DNA of 47,270 bases, filler included, from Catajapyx aquilonaris (GCA_000934665.2; 2 parts of 2 records of this genome joined end to end with filler, not necessarily neighbours in it); one strand, 5' to 3'; counted from the whole stretch's first letter, positions 1-12,786 are shown. The notes: generated from the sequence alone by a model not told the origin. Program-made: numbers and translations.

Positions 1-539
1 CGTTTTATAACAGTGATTAATAGCAGTGATTTTGCTATGACGTGGCAGCGACGTGTAAAATGTCCCACTTCGGCGCCATCGAAAATATTAGCTGCCAATA
101 GCAGCTCACGTGTACTCAACCCTGCTGCTGGGTTGACCTGGAAAAAAGTAGGTGCACACATGACCTGAGATGACCTGAGCGGCCTTCTTTAACCTGTTGA
201 GGGCCACGGAAGTCATATGACGTCCGAGGAAAGACGTGCCTCAGGGCCCACGGAAGTCATATGACGTTTTGCTTCTTGTGCGCTCATTTGTTCTAATTTT
301 AAAAGGAGCCAATGACTTTTAAGCTGCTCTTGCCATGCCATCTCGTGGTTGGGAGTTCAACGATCACGGACTGCGTGATTGGCTTGAATCCGCGAGGTAA
401 GATGGATGCTGCTGCCCCCTGTTGCCTGAGAGACAAAATATCTGGCGTCAGGCGGTAAGAAAAGTGTCCGAACCCTACCAGACGTGGCATGCCCCCATGC
501 AACCATGAATGAGAGGAGCTAGCCAGCCAATCAGGTGGG

Positions 540-915
540 TAGGGCTGTGCGATATTTCGATATATCGACTGTCGATACGATATTTTCCTAATATCGAAGT
601 TGCGATATCCGACGCTTGGCATGTTCGATGTATCGAATATCGCGATTTTTCGATGTCGGTTCGATGTCGGTTTTCGATCTTTTTCGATGTCCATTCGATT
701 CAGTTTTCGAACTTTTTCGATGTCGGTTTTCGATGTCGGTTTTTCGATATATCGACTACGAATCGAAATTTTTCGATGTCGGTTCGAATCCGTTTTCGAT
801 CTTCTTCGAAGTCGGTTTTCGATGTCGGTTTTTCGATTTCCGATATATCGACTTCGAATCGATATTTTTTAAGTATCGAAAGTAGATATGTAATTTCGGA
901 TATCGCAGAGCGCTG
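540..915. mobile_element. hAT-type MITE filled with TCGA-rich subrepeats
   Basis: TIR TAGGGCTGTGCGATAT vs reverse complement of the right end CAGCGCTCTGCGATAT (13/16). 8-bp TSD CAGGTGGG (532-539) / CAGATGGG (916-923), 7/8 match. Interior is degenerate tandem TTTTCGATGTCGG. Confidence 0.8.
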
Positions 916-956
916 CAGATGGGCCCCTATCAGCGCGGATCCACTCCCCTCGACGG

Positions 957-1280
957 TAGTACAAAACTACAAATAACAGCTACTTTTCAATAACTGTTAT
1001 TTAAGTAACCGTTATTGAAAATAGTTGCAACTCATCAGCAGCCATAGAAATTCTGCTGGGAATTGGTGTTGGCATTATTGAAAAAGGATGAAGTAATGGG
1101 AGAGACTCAAATAATGTGGCAGGGGTAGGGGCACGCTGTACCAACATCATGACAACACAGCAGAATAACGTCATAGCGGAATCGCATGCATTAGCTGCTG
1201 CTGAGTCGCAAATAGCATAATAACTTACTGCCACTGAGTTGCAGTTATTTCAACTGTTATTACAAGTTGCAGTCTCTCTA
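957..1280. mobile_element. Probable degenerate MITE inside the piggyBac-like element
   Basis: Inverted subterminal blocks GAAAATAGTTGCAACTCA / TGAGTTGCAGTTATTTTC, AACTGTTATT motifs near both ends, TAG...CTA termini; no clean TSD found. Confidence 0.45.
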
Positions 1281-1370
1281 CTTTTGACCCACCAAACTAG
1301 CTGCTGTCGTTTATTCTCTCTGAACCACGGTGGAGGGAAAGTGCTCTGAACCATACTCTGAACATGGCGA

Positions 1371-1632
1371 AAATCCGACCTGGAGCAACAGACTTACATA
1401 GCGGCCCCGGGGCCGCCCCCGGGCCGCCCGCAAACCACAGTTCGCCCTTGGTCACTCTAGACACCATTGAAACGAATTGCAGCGAAAAATCCGACCTGGA
1501 GCAACACACATAGCGGCCCCGGGGCCGCTCCGGGGCGCCCGCAAACCACAGTTCGCCCCTGGTCACACTCGACACCATTGCAATTCATTGCATTGGTGTG
1601 AGGACACGGCGGAAAATCCTACCTGGGGCAAC
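1371..1632. repeat. GC-rich tandem repeat of about 117-bp unit (2 copies plus a partial), subterminal in the piggyBac-like element
   Basis: AAATCCGACCTGGAGCAACA...CATAGCGGCCCCGGGGCCGC...CCCGCAAACCACAGTTCGCCC..GGTCAC...GACACCATTG at about 1371 and 1487; partial copy AAAATCCTACCTGGGGCAAC near 1613. Confidence 0.85.
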
Positions 1633-2477
1633 GCACTTGCAAAGCTGCTTTAGAAAACTAAGGTCAGGTCACTCATTTCTGCTCATTTTTATCGCCTGAA
1701 TTTGGAAAAAAAAAAAAAACTCGGGCTGTGGGGGCTTGCAATTGAAAAGAAAACCTGGCCCTCAACAGGTTAAGGACTGCCGGATTGGCATTGGTGCCGC
1801 ATGTGGTTGCACAGGGTTCATTACATGTGTGCTGCTATTGGCAGCTAATATTTTCGATGGCGCCGAAATGTGCCATTTTACACGTCGCTGCTACGTCAAT
1901 CGTAAAGCGCTTCTATTAATAGCCGTTATAAAACGACACTTGAAGTTTGTCCACCCTGTATTATCATAAATAACACATCTGCTGTTGGAAACAGTTTACG
2001 AAGTAATAACATTTATTCAAATGACGCAAATTGTAAACACCTTTTTGCCCATTTGACTGTTTGTGCTCCAGTGTACACTTTTACAGGCAGTGTCGCAGTG
2101 AATACCCCCCTTGGGCGAAAGAGAACGAGGAACCGGTTAAGACACGAGAAGCGCTTCCGAAGAACCGGTAGCATCTTCAAAAAAGGCATCCGATACCGCT
2201 TCTACAACCGCTCCCATGTTCGCAAAGAGCAACCGGTTACCGGATGCCAAGGGTACCGAGAAATATTGGAAGCGCTTCTTGTACCGGGTCCGGATCGGTA
2301 TCATAGAAGCGGTTCTTTTTCCATCCCTGCCTGCCCCAAAAGTCTCCCCACCGGCTATCCCGCTGGGGAGACCGGGATAGCGGCTACCACCCCCTATGCT
2401 CCTCCCCTGCTTCTGTCACGTGACCGCGCGCCTGGGCCAATGGGAGCCCTCGACACATCTACATGCCACGCCCCGGG

Positions 2478-2481
<4 letters not shown>

Positions 2482-2508
<27 letters not shown>
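2482..2508. repeat. (GA)n microsatellite
   Basis: Direct reading. Confidence 0.95.
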
Positions 2509-2512
<4 letters not shown>

Positions 2513-2773
2513 AGAAAAAAATGACGAAGGGGGAAAAACGTTCCTAATTAAAATATTTTAAATAATTACGTTTGCCTATGAACTTATATGACATAGTGAC
2601 ATTTAATACAAAATACACCTGCAATTTTGTAAACTATTTTCAAGTAAATAAAGACCACGTCACGTGACACATTCCCGCCAGCTTTCTTATTTGACCTCAA
2701 ATAACCCCGATTCTTGCGGAGTGTTTCAAAAGTGCTTCTGAGGGCAACAAGCACCAAGCTGTTCCCAGGGAAG

Positions 2774-4010
2774 ATGGCGGCGATGACCCCACCTACGAAG
2801 AGGCTGCGACGTCCAAATTGGACAGAGCGCGAAGTGGAGGCTCTGGTCATCCAGCTGGAGACCAGGAAGAACCTGCGGGACGGGTAGTTTGGAACAGAAA
2901 TCATAAATGCCCAGGAACGGAAGGTCGCATGGACGGAAGTAGCCAACTGCATCAATGCCACGGAAAGCCATGAGAGGACCGGGGAAGAGGCCAGGTTGAA
3001 GTGGAAGTACCTGCGCAAAGACGTATGTATATGGTAACAATAAACGTTTTCCGCCAGCAATTGTTTGCCAATTATTAGCAAACAATTGCAGGCGGAAACC
3101 TTTTCATTAGGATGGTAATGTAGGTTGGTTTCATGTTTCAGTGGGTGGTGGGCTTCTTAACCCCCACCGGGATTCTTCCACCACACTACCTAAGATTTTA
3201 AGGACCCAAGTTATATTTCAGGCATACAGTGCAATTACCATTTTCACAAAATAATTGCACATCACGACCACATTTTCGTTGGTTTCATATGCTATTGCCA
3301 GAATAATTGACGATTAGGACCTGATATGAAATGGAACCAACTCTTTCAGGTGTTTCCAAGTTGAACCTCAAAACTGAAATGTGAAATAACCCAGTACATG
3401 ACTTCAGCCATGCAATAGTAGTGTATAGTACCTTCCATAACAAGTACCAAGACACGTGTGGCTATAATATGCCTGAAATAAATGATATGGTACAGCATTT
3501 AACACCACAGAACTGGATTGCAGGAACACCACACTGTCTTACAGTGAACGGATGTACAAGTATTTATTTATTATTATTATATTTATTTTTATTATTTATT
3601 GTAGTGCAAGGCAAAGGCCAATGCCCGACACCTGCACCGGCGTGGCACTGGAGGAGAACCTCCTCTACCAAATCCAACAGATATGGAGGAGAAGATCCTC
3701 CAACTGATTGGAAAGGAGTCATCTGAAGGGGTCGTAGGAGAAGAATGGTGTGACACAGCCATGCAGAAGGCTCTGGAGAGAGTCGGGGTAGAGGAGTGCA
3801 GGCATACTCAGCCAACTCCATGGATCACAGCTGTGTCACATGAACTGACACCGACAGATGTGGTGGAAATTGCCATCTGTGATCCTGGAGAAGCTGCCAT
3901 CTCTGGTCCTGACGAGGAGGTTATTATTATCATTCCATCTACTTCAGGAGCATCAAAGTCCACTCCAACTTCAGGAGCAGCAAAGTCCACGGCAGATACT
4001 ATGGACATGT
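2774..4010 (+). pseudogene. Spliced Myb/SANT-like (Myb_DNA-bind_5/MSANTD-type) DNA-binding protein, PIF/Harbinger ORF2-like, with an in-frame stop
   Basis: Exon 1, 2774-3022: MAAMTPPTKRLRRPNWTEREVEALVIQLETRKNLRDG*FGTEIINAQERKVAWTEVANCINATESHERTGEEARLKWKYLRKD (three spaced Trp, TAG at 2885-2887). Donor GAC|GTATGT; acceptor TTTATTGTAG|3605 joins in frame to CKAKANARHLHRRGTGGEPPLPNPTDMEEKILQLIGKESSEGV, the usual TGGG-P..EEKIL motif of this family. The 3' boundary is approximate. Confidence 0.85.
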
Positions 4011-5643
4011 CAGGATTACGGATAACTCAAATTGAAGAGAGCCCTTTATTTTCCGATCATAAAGTTAATGCGACACATGGTGAAACAAAGAGAATAAACG
4101 AGACGAAAGACTGGTATTCTTCTTTGTCTGTTTCTCACCCAAAATATAGCCTCAACCATGATATTTGGTTGAGAGGCTTGGGTGACCCTTCAATTAATCG
4201 GAGGTGTCGTCGAAATGTATAAGGCGCTAGATTTCACTGCAGCTTTAATCAGGTCAAAATTAGCATTACATTAGGTCACTTGGCTCAACCTCTTTTTCGT
4301 GTGAGCAGCAATAATGACTCAATGACAAAGTGACTGAGAGTGACAAGCCGGATATCGTCACCAAATGCAAGACATGGAGTAGCCTGGACTCTTTATGCTG
4401 TCACTTAAATAAGTCGAGTTGGTTAGATGCAGAGAACATTGTCTCAAAACTTGTTGGGAGAGCGACATGTTTTGGTGACGCAGGCTCAAGTATGTGAAGA
4501 AAGGAGAAAAAACAACGTTCTTTAATATTATAGGCAAATTTTTCCGTACCAAAATTGTTGAAGCAACGGCTCTGAAAAGGAAAATGGAGAAATTCGAATT
4601 TGTCTGTTTGGTCGTTCAAAATACTGGATTCGGTGCAAGGGGTGTCGAAGTTGCTTCAGTCACCAGACGGGGACCTGAGCAAAGACACAGTCCTAGCTTG
4701 AAGACTGCGTATTGAAATTTACAGAAAACCAGGGACGGCTTTTCTTCTCTGATTGAGAGCGCTTCTCAAATGGCTAAATGTTGGAACGTGCGAGAAACAT
4801 TTGAAGATGAGCGAGTGCCAAAAGTAACTAGATTTCACGATGAACTCTCGCAAGACCAGCGACTTACCGGGGGCGAACAAAGGTTTAAAATAACTATATT
4901 TTATGCCACACTAGACAAATCCCTAACACAGTTGCAGCCCAGATTCGAAGGACTGACGGCGGTAGTTGACACTTTTCGGGCCATCCAGTCTTCAACACTG
5001 ACATCAGCAACAGACGACGAATTGCATGAAGCAGGCGATACACTTCAAAAACATTATGAAACTGACTTATCGATACAATTCTTGAGAGAGCTTCTGTCTT
5101 TTAGATCCTGCCTCAAGAATGAAATATCTCAAAACACCACAGCGAAGGAAGTCGCAGAACTGTTGCTAATGGACAACTACGCCCTGGCGTCCAGCTTCCC
5201 TGATGTCTGCACAGCGTACATACTTCTGTTGACGCTCCCTCTGACCGTGGCAACAGCGGAGCGCTCGTTTTCTAAACTGAAGCTCATAAAAAATTACCTT
5301 AGAGGTACGATGTCACAGGAAAGACTCAGTGAACTCGCCCTCCTGAGTATAGAAAATGCTCGGGCAAGGAAGTTGGATGTCTCTAAGGCAATTAACATTT
5401 TTCCTGAAGAAAAGGAACGAAAAAAACCATATAATCTGACAGCTTTTCGGTGAGTAGACAGTGTATTTTTATCTCATTACTCAATTATCCTTCTATACTG
5501 ATAAGTGATATTGGCATGTTACCGGAGAGTCGAGTGTTGTAATGTGTAAGTTACTATTGATATATGCAGGGTGAAGGTTAAAATGGAGGGGGCCCCGCGT
5601 ACCTTTTTGCCCCAGGGCCCCCAAGAGTCTTGTTACGCCAGTG
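4011..5643 (+). mobile_element. 5'-truncated hAT transposon; right terminus preserved
   Basis: GC-rich subterminal GGGGCCCC/GGGCCCC motifs (5588-5622) and end ...TGTTACGCCAGTG (reverse complement CACTGGCGTAAC, close to the common hAT TIR CAGTGGCGTA). Left TIR not found, so the left boundary is approximate. Confidence 0.65.
4430..5453 (+). pseudogene. hAT transposase relic (ZMYM1-like clade) with hATC dimerisation domain
   Basis: ORF 4770-5453 contains FPDVCTAYILLLTLPLTVATAERSFSKLKLIKNYLRGTMSQERLSELALLSIE (hATC). Upstream frameshifted pieces include KTCWES (T-R-W motif region) and EATALKRKMEKFEFVCLVV. N-terminus missing. Confidence 0.9.
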
Positions 5644-8562
5644 GGACAGTCAATGGTGACCACGACGCTTGGGAGGCGACCGTGGTACAGTACATGACGA
5701 GTGCCCTGTGCACGTGGTGTCTGCAGCCGTGCAGACTTTGGTGACGTCTGTTGGCTGGCGTTGTGATGATGGGGGTACGTGGCAAATATTTTAAGAAGCA
5801 AAAAAATCATTAAAAGCAACATGATTTTAATTGTATTACTTCAATAATAATAATACAGCTACATTCTCTCTGTTGTGATATAAGTACAGCGCATAGTATT
5901 TTACCACTGCATATCAGAAGTATGTCTGACACTGTATGGTAGCTCTGACTGGTAGCTCCGTATTCCAGAAATGTTTAGTCCCATAATTGCGGACGGTACT
6001 ACGAGGGACTATGTCTGCATTGTTATACAATAAGGGTGTCGCATAATCTGGATTAATATAAATAATAAAATATAATTATTTATAATGTTTAACGCCGCGC
6101 CGCTTCCCTCGCCTATAATGAATTCGTGTCAGTACATGTTGCGACATTGGTTAGTACAAAACAATGGACTGACCATTATTAACCATTATAAACTACCAGA
6201 CTTTTGACCCCAAAAGGCAAAGTGTGATTGAATTACTGTACTTTATATGTACAGTACCTTATTAATTACGATTGGCTTTCTAAAAGGAGTAATCCTGCCA
6301 AATTATTATCCTTAGTGATAATGATAACCATTTAGTGTTTCCACATCTCAAAAAAAAAAATTAGCCACACGATCATTTTACGGTCTAATCACTGCCCAAT
6401 CGTGCAGCACAACTCCTCAGTAAAATACAATTCTATACAAAAATAATATGATCAATGCAAGTCCCATACTGATTGCTCGCACTGTTTCTAATGCCTCTAT
6501 TTGGGTGGGAAATTGTCTAAAATTTTAGAACGTCTCCATAAGTACATTAACTTCCAGTGCAACACCGGTACAACGCTAGCCAACAACAATGCTGGAATTA
6601 TGCCAAGGCATATGGATTATTGGTCAGAGAAGGCTGCTCTCGTACTAGCTTGTCAATTAATATTACAGCATTTGAAAAATTAATATAGCCCCAGTAATGT
6701 TGCTTCGTACTAGATTACTCAAATTTTATGAGCTCTTTCTTGCAAATTAAATGTATCATTGAATAGCATGAAATGCTTCGTTTTTATTCCCACAGGGTGC
6801 ATCTCACTGTTGAAGATTAATCCAGCAATGGCAGAACTGCAGCTTGAGAAGAAAATTTCACCTGACGCGTGAATAAAATTATTCGTGCTCATAAAAAGAC
6901 CCACAGTGGTATGGAAACAATGACAATGGAACCCGTTCCTTTGAAGAAAGTAATGTGGACATCGGAGAAGAAGGCGAAGATTCCTAACAACGAGGAGGGC
7001 CTCTCTTGTTTCGGTGTACGACTGAATCTCATCAACGGCGTCCAACATTCTTTTCACATCCTAAATTCCAATTACTTTACCGCAGGAAATTTATTCATAT
7101 TCAGTGCACACATCGGCAGTAACCAGAGCCATAATGTCCAGCCGAACCAGGTTTCAATCTATCCAAAAGTAATTGTATCTTACATGAATTTCTATGTATA
7201 CAGTTGTGTGGTTGCGGGCAGGCACGTCAGGCAGCAGGGACAAACACTGACACCTAAACAGCATGCAGGGAATTGCCAGGAAATTCGAATACTATTTCTG
7301 AAAATAAAGAATGGCGTAGTAGGAAATATTCCGACATCCTTCTGGAAGCTGCATCCAAGGGCATCCGTGAGAGCTATATTTTCTAAAGTGATGCTTCAGT
7401 AAGATCAGTTCAGTGCGATCCTCCAGTGCTCCTCATGCCAGCAGTATGGAGCTGCAGTGCGCCTCTGCACATAGACAATATGCATTAAGAAAATAACATT
7501 CTGAGTCGAAAATCTATTTAGCTTATTACACATGCGTAGGATAAACTGGGACGAGACGGCGACAACAACTGCCATACAACACAGCGAAGAAAGTGACGAC
7601 ACCCAAATGAAGACACGCCATGTCCAGGTTTATTCTGTTTACTATTTATAATCATTTGAAGATTTGAAGCAAGGAGCTCTGCTTAGTAATGAAGTGACTC
7701 AGTTTCTTTTCGTGGGAATGCTATACTAGAGGAACCCATAAGGTCTAATTTTCAAATACAATACTGAGAGGACAGCATTGTTTTCATGACATTTGCGGGA
7801 CTATTCTGAGAAAATATATTTGTCATCCACTGCACAACACATTGACTACACAACAGGGGCACAAATTACACCGCCATGTCCCCATAATAGATGTACGTAA
7901 TCTGCGAAGCAAAAATTATAAACCAGAGAAACCACCCCCGGCAGGGTCAACCATATTGTGTACCACGCAAAGCACGTACTTGTTGGCGTGACAACTACAT
8001 AATCCAGCCAGGCCAGTTTCACGTAACCCCCTACAATGTGGCAATTTCCGACAGCTGTAAACAGACAGCCTTCAAAAATGTCAAAGGTGATGTTTTGAAA
8101 TATGTTACTTAATACCCACTGTTAAAATTAATACAGGCTGAACTCGAATAATGAGTGAAACGTAACTGACCAACTAATTCCGCATTTCAAAACACGACAC
8201 ACGGTTTGCACAATAGCCAGCAATTATTTCGACAGGCCATCCAGCGCTGTCCTGATATTGCCGGAAGAGAAGAGCTTCCGTGGACAATCGGAAATGAAGC
8301 AACTGAAGAACGAGGAGACAACACCAACGACGGATAATGCCAGGTGGTGATGCGCACTAAACAATATGTTCAGTTCCAGGTCATTCCAACTGAACATCAC
8401 AATTACGTGATTGCCAGATATCAAAATGTATTACAGAATCGTATCGGATGCTAAAATATGAATAATAATGAAATGCACATGATTCTAGCCATGAAGCTAA
8501 CATATATTGAGCAAATAAGTTCACTCGTCAGTTGTTCCCAAATGACCGTCTAAATTGCGTCT

Positions 8563-9780
8563 TCACAGTTGCCGTTTAGACTCCAGCTCGCTGTTGCTCT
8601 CATTGATTTGGAGGGCATACATCATCCTTTCGGCGAGGCCGGTGGTGAGAATCGAATGCCCATAGGAAGGCCTACGGAGCATTTCCTGTGCCAACTTCTC
8701 CGGCGTCAGCCCCTCGTCTGAATAAGTCTCTTGGTCAGAGTCTACCAGGGTGGGTCTGGAAGCCTCTGGCTTCTGCTTCGAGTTCATATCTACCCAGTAA
8801 TCCCGATCCTTCTGCATGGCCGCCTTTGCCTTGACCAGCCTGTCCCTCTTGGCCTCCAGGGCCGCTTTCTTCTGCATGGTGGTCCGCAAGTGAATCTGCG
8901 CCTGGGTGTTGGCATCGTTGAGCTTGTCCAGGCCTACCCTCAGATTAGGCTTCATGTGCTTTTTAATGTTGTCGCGCACCACCAGGAGATCTTGGTCCAG
9001 ACTGAGCCTTGTTTCATGACAGTCTCTGTCAGCAGAGTGGGACAGATTAAGATGGATAAATACGGCTTCAGTAATCACCCACTGAAGCAGAATAAGGTCA
9101 TTCAAAACTAACCTTACGAACTTGTTCTTCAGTTCACGACAATCCTTCTCATTCTTTTCCTTGTATTCCTCCAGTTCGGCTTGCAATTGCTGAATTGCGT
9201 TATGCTGATAATTTGCGGACTCCCTGGAACTAGTGACGGTAGCGAAATGTTAGCAACTACTTATGTGGCAAAAAAAACCAGTGCCCTACTCGGAAATCTC
9301 CTTGTCTAACATCTTCCTCACAAACTGTGCATGACGTGACACTTTTTTAGTCCAGGTCCAGCCCATCTGCGCCCTCCTGTCTCGTAAATTAACGAGACGA
9401 GCAACTTGAGTCTTTTCTTCTACCTTCACCTGCTGCTCCTTTATCTTCTTTCGCAACGACACGTCCAGCGCGGCTACTTCAGCAATCTTTTCATCCACAT
9501 GTTTCCTGGTAAAATTCAGGTAGCTGGAAGGATTCGAGGACATGTTTACATTTGAAAAAATGGCTTTGGTGACCACTCACTTCCGATTTTCCTTGCGCAA
9601 CTGATTGAGCTGTTCCCACATCCAGTTGTTGTCTTTCCTATATTTCTCTGTTTCTGTCTTGTAGATGACGATTTTTTCCCACAGTCCAAACATCACCTTC
9701 TGCATGTCGACTATAACGGATAAATCTGGGAAGTCTTTTAACATGGCACTTTTCGACCTTCTCATTAGCTTTGGTGGCAT
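8563..9780 (-). CDS. Four-exon coiled-coil protein (about 329 aa), possibly DUF4515 family (CCDC83/CCDC121/CCDC166/BBOF1-like, cilium/sperm-associated)
   Basis: Exons 9780-9581, 9505-9290, 9223-9113 and 9025-8563 total 990 nt and join in frame through GT-AG introns of 75, 66 and 87 nt (donors AA|GTGAGT, GA|GTAGGG, AG|GTTAGT; all phase 2). The protein is K/E/Q/L-rich with heptad character. An acceptor (TTTTATAG) 8 nt before the ATG means an upstream exon may exist. Family assignment is by architecture only. Confidence 0.8.
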
Positions 9781-12700
9781 CTTAGTGGCTATAAAAGTAA
9801 AATTCACGTGCCCCCGTTTTAAAAAAATTCTACCCTCTGAAACCCCACTGTCTTTCTCGAAACAGAGCGTTTCCATGGGTATCTTCAACAATGACCGCAA
9901 TGCCAATGTCAAGCAAAATGTGATAATAATCAAGATGAAGAAAATACTGTGCCACACTGCAATGCAGCTCTAGTTTATTAGAGCCACGCTCATCTGCGAT
10001 GGCGATGCTCTGACTTGTCTATTTTGTTTATAATGAAACATCTGCAGGAGGTGGAACTGTTATACTGGTAATGGGTCAGATCTGGCAACCGAATTATTAC
10101 GTCCAACGTCGTCGTAAAAAATGACACCAATGGTAGCTACGTAGTGTTATTCGTGTTACTTATGTATACATCAGCTTTGGTATAAATTTGTTTCTCACGT
10201 AACAAACACGTTGTTTATTTTAATTAATAATCATCATTTATGGCACTCAATTCAAGGTCATCTCCTGCATCATGTGGATTCAGACACTGCATTAGGAAGT
10301 ACTTATAATTGAGCTGCAATATTACGTATTAGGGACCAGTTGCATAAGTTGCTTCTTAGTGGATTTCAAAATATCACGACATACCATCCATAAGCGTGAG
10401 CTTAGAAGTGTCCAGAAAAAGCTCTAGAAAGGATGGCATACCTGCTGCAAGAATACCAAGAAATAGCGAAGACAAACGCTATCCGTACGTTCAAGTATAG
10501 GGATAATAAGGAAATGCACAGCACGATTTTTGCCGTGCGACTTAGATATATTGAGAGAGAGAGAGAGAAACGCTCACTCGTCATTTTTTCGAGATTTACC
10601 ACCTAAATTGTGCCTTAGGGCTCAAGCTTGTTGACAATGTTCCACAAAGCATCACATTTCTTCTGGTGGGTTGGTTTGACCTTAATGGGGATGACTGCAG
10701 AATAACAGTGTGATCCACTCGGATCCTCTCCCTGGTGAATAACATTACTACTCCGTATATCGCACATCGACTAAGAACCTGCTACGAATACTGGTTTATT
10801 AGGCTGTCACCAAACTGCAAATATACCAAACCTACAGCACATTATGTACATACGCTATATACTGGTTATTGTTAGAAAATCTCCAGATATATTATGTGCT
10901 TGGCCAACCAATAAACTTCACATCAATCGCAATCCACATAATACGAAGGCCTACAGAGTAGGGTACTGAATATCATTTACAAGAAAAAGACACTGCAGCA
11001 TTCTTAGATTCAAGCAAGAGAGTGATATTCCAATATATAATGTACACGTAAGAGAGGATCCAAATCACATCTTCTTCTCTCATTACAAATTGCAACGCAC
11101 ACGTTGGCGTAAAGATAGATGGTCCACCTGTCCCTGGCCATTAAACCAAATGACAAAGTATAATGTATGTTTTAAATTATGGAAACGTCTGGCTCCCAAA
11201 CAGTGTTATTATCATGACTTCAAATGTATTGGTATTAAACACCTAAAGCTGTAGAATCACTTATAATACACGTGTTCTAAACAGATTAAAGTGCAGCCCA
11301 CTGCCATAGTTGCAAGGAATGCAATACATCTCTATCCCCTGTTCTCTCATTCAACAACGGAGGAGAAGGATTGTTAGCTCCTGCAACAAGATGATACTAC
11401 AGAAAGCAACCAGTTGGAAGTTTAACAGTCTGGACTGCATTCGGTTGCTGCAGTTGCTGGTTACCTTCGGTTGCTGGGATGAACAATCAGTGCTAACTTC
11501 CCCAGCTCTTGGGGTTGCATATTTTGCACATTTCTTTCTCCACTTGTTTAGGTCATGTCAGCATGCTCATGACTTTCCTATTGCAAACAATGTTCACCAT
11601 GCAACTTTCATGCAGCAATTCCAGTTTACAATGTCACACACTAACTTATTTGCAGAGAAATTTGCATCACAAAATATCACTACACATATTACATACTGAA
11701 TAAAGACGAAGTATGCAAAAAATATGCCAGGAGAGCCACATTATTATAATGACGTCAGTCCATAAGTTTGAGAACTTAATGGAGAGAATATGAAATTGAT
11801 TTCTCATACACGAAAGATATTCAGTCAGTCTGAAGCCATCCATACTGCAGCCAAACCTGAAATCGATGCAGAGCTTTTTTCCAGAGACCTCATATTAGTG
11901 ATGATGTGATGTGATGAGCTGCGTCCAACAAAAACCTATGTCTACTATTGTTCATCAAACAAAAACGGTTCAAATACGACGATTACATGTTTATCATAAA
12001 GTTGATATTCATTCAACCAACGAGTTAATGGGCCTTGTAATTTAAGACGAACTCAATAATAATATCTTCAACCTATGGCAAACGGACTTTTCCAAACCCT
12101 CTGACAGTGAACAGCACAGAGCACAATCCTCAAGCAACTGTAACGGGTAAAAAAGGCATGAAAATGACAGACGGCACACACCTGGAAAAATATGGCAAAG
12201 AAGGACAAATATGAGCGTGTTTAGTAACTACTAAAATGGCAATATAATTACTAACCATAGCAAGTGTCTACCAACAATGAGTGACGCGAAACTGAATGAA
12301 TGCACACAAGGGGCTAAGCAACAACAGCAAAGAAATTAATTTTTTGGGAGTTAAATACTCATATCAAAAAAATAATCATGATGAGACACACAGACGGCTA
12401 TGTAGTGCCTAGCCATGTTTTACATCTAACACAACCTCCGTCTCTATACAGTATATTTCCTAGTTGGATGCAGCAGAACAACTCCTTTCCTGTGAACCAG
12501 TTTGGTGTGCCTTCTGCATAACACCAAACGAGAGTAGAAGAGATAATACATATGCTATATGTCTCAGAATAACTCTCATTTTCCATGTAAGCTAATTAAC
12601 AAAGATATGCTTGATATTTAAAATCAAGGCAATATTTCCCAATCCTTAAAAACTTTGATATGATGTTAAGACATTCTGACCTCTTTTACCAAGTGCATGC

Positions 12701-12786
12701 AGTCTGATTCTAAGAACCATACTTTTGACTAGATAAGTCCATTTCACACAACCCCACTGACCGTCAGGAGGAATCAGTGTGCTATT

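Larger units (their letters stand above)
193..1769. mobile_element. Non-autonomous piggyBac-like element
   Basis: Perfect 14-bp TIR CCTGTTGAGGGCCA (193-206) / TGGCCCTCAACAGG (1756-1769), flanked on both sides by TTAA (189-192, 1770-1773). Subterminal direct repeat CCACGGAAGTCATATGACGT occurs twice. No transposase ORF. Confidence 0.85.
1..1958. mobile_element. Tc1/mariner-type MITE with long inverted arms (left end lies upstream of the window); host of nested insertions
   Basis: 1-124 is the imperfect reverse complement of about 1812-1935 (e.g. GGCGCCATCGAAAATATTAGCTGCCAATAGCAGC vs GCTGCTATTGGCAGCTAATATTTTCGATGGCGCC). The right end reads ...GTCCACCCTG|TA, the CAGGGTG terminus plus TA target typical of Tc1/mariner MITEs. 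Confidence 0.75.

Noticed and set aside
299..976. Four overlapping ORFs of 89-155 aa rich in F/R/S/D
   Set aside because: They come from the stop-poor TCGA-rich subrepeats of the hAT MITE.
2584..3085. Minus-strand ORFs of 165 and 119 aa
   Set aside because: Antisense shadows of the plus-strand Myb/SANT exon.
10980..12590. Faint transposase-like fragments on the minus strand (EMYCIPC; NITLLLESKNAAVSFSC)
   Set aside because: Too degenerate to assign without a search.
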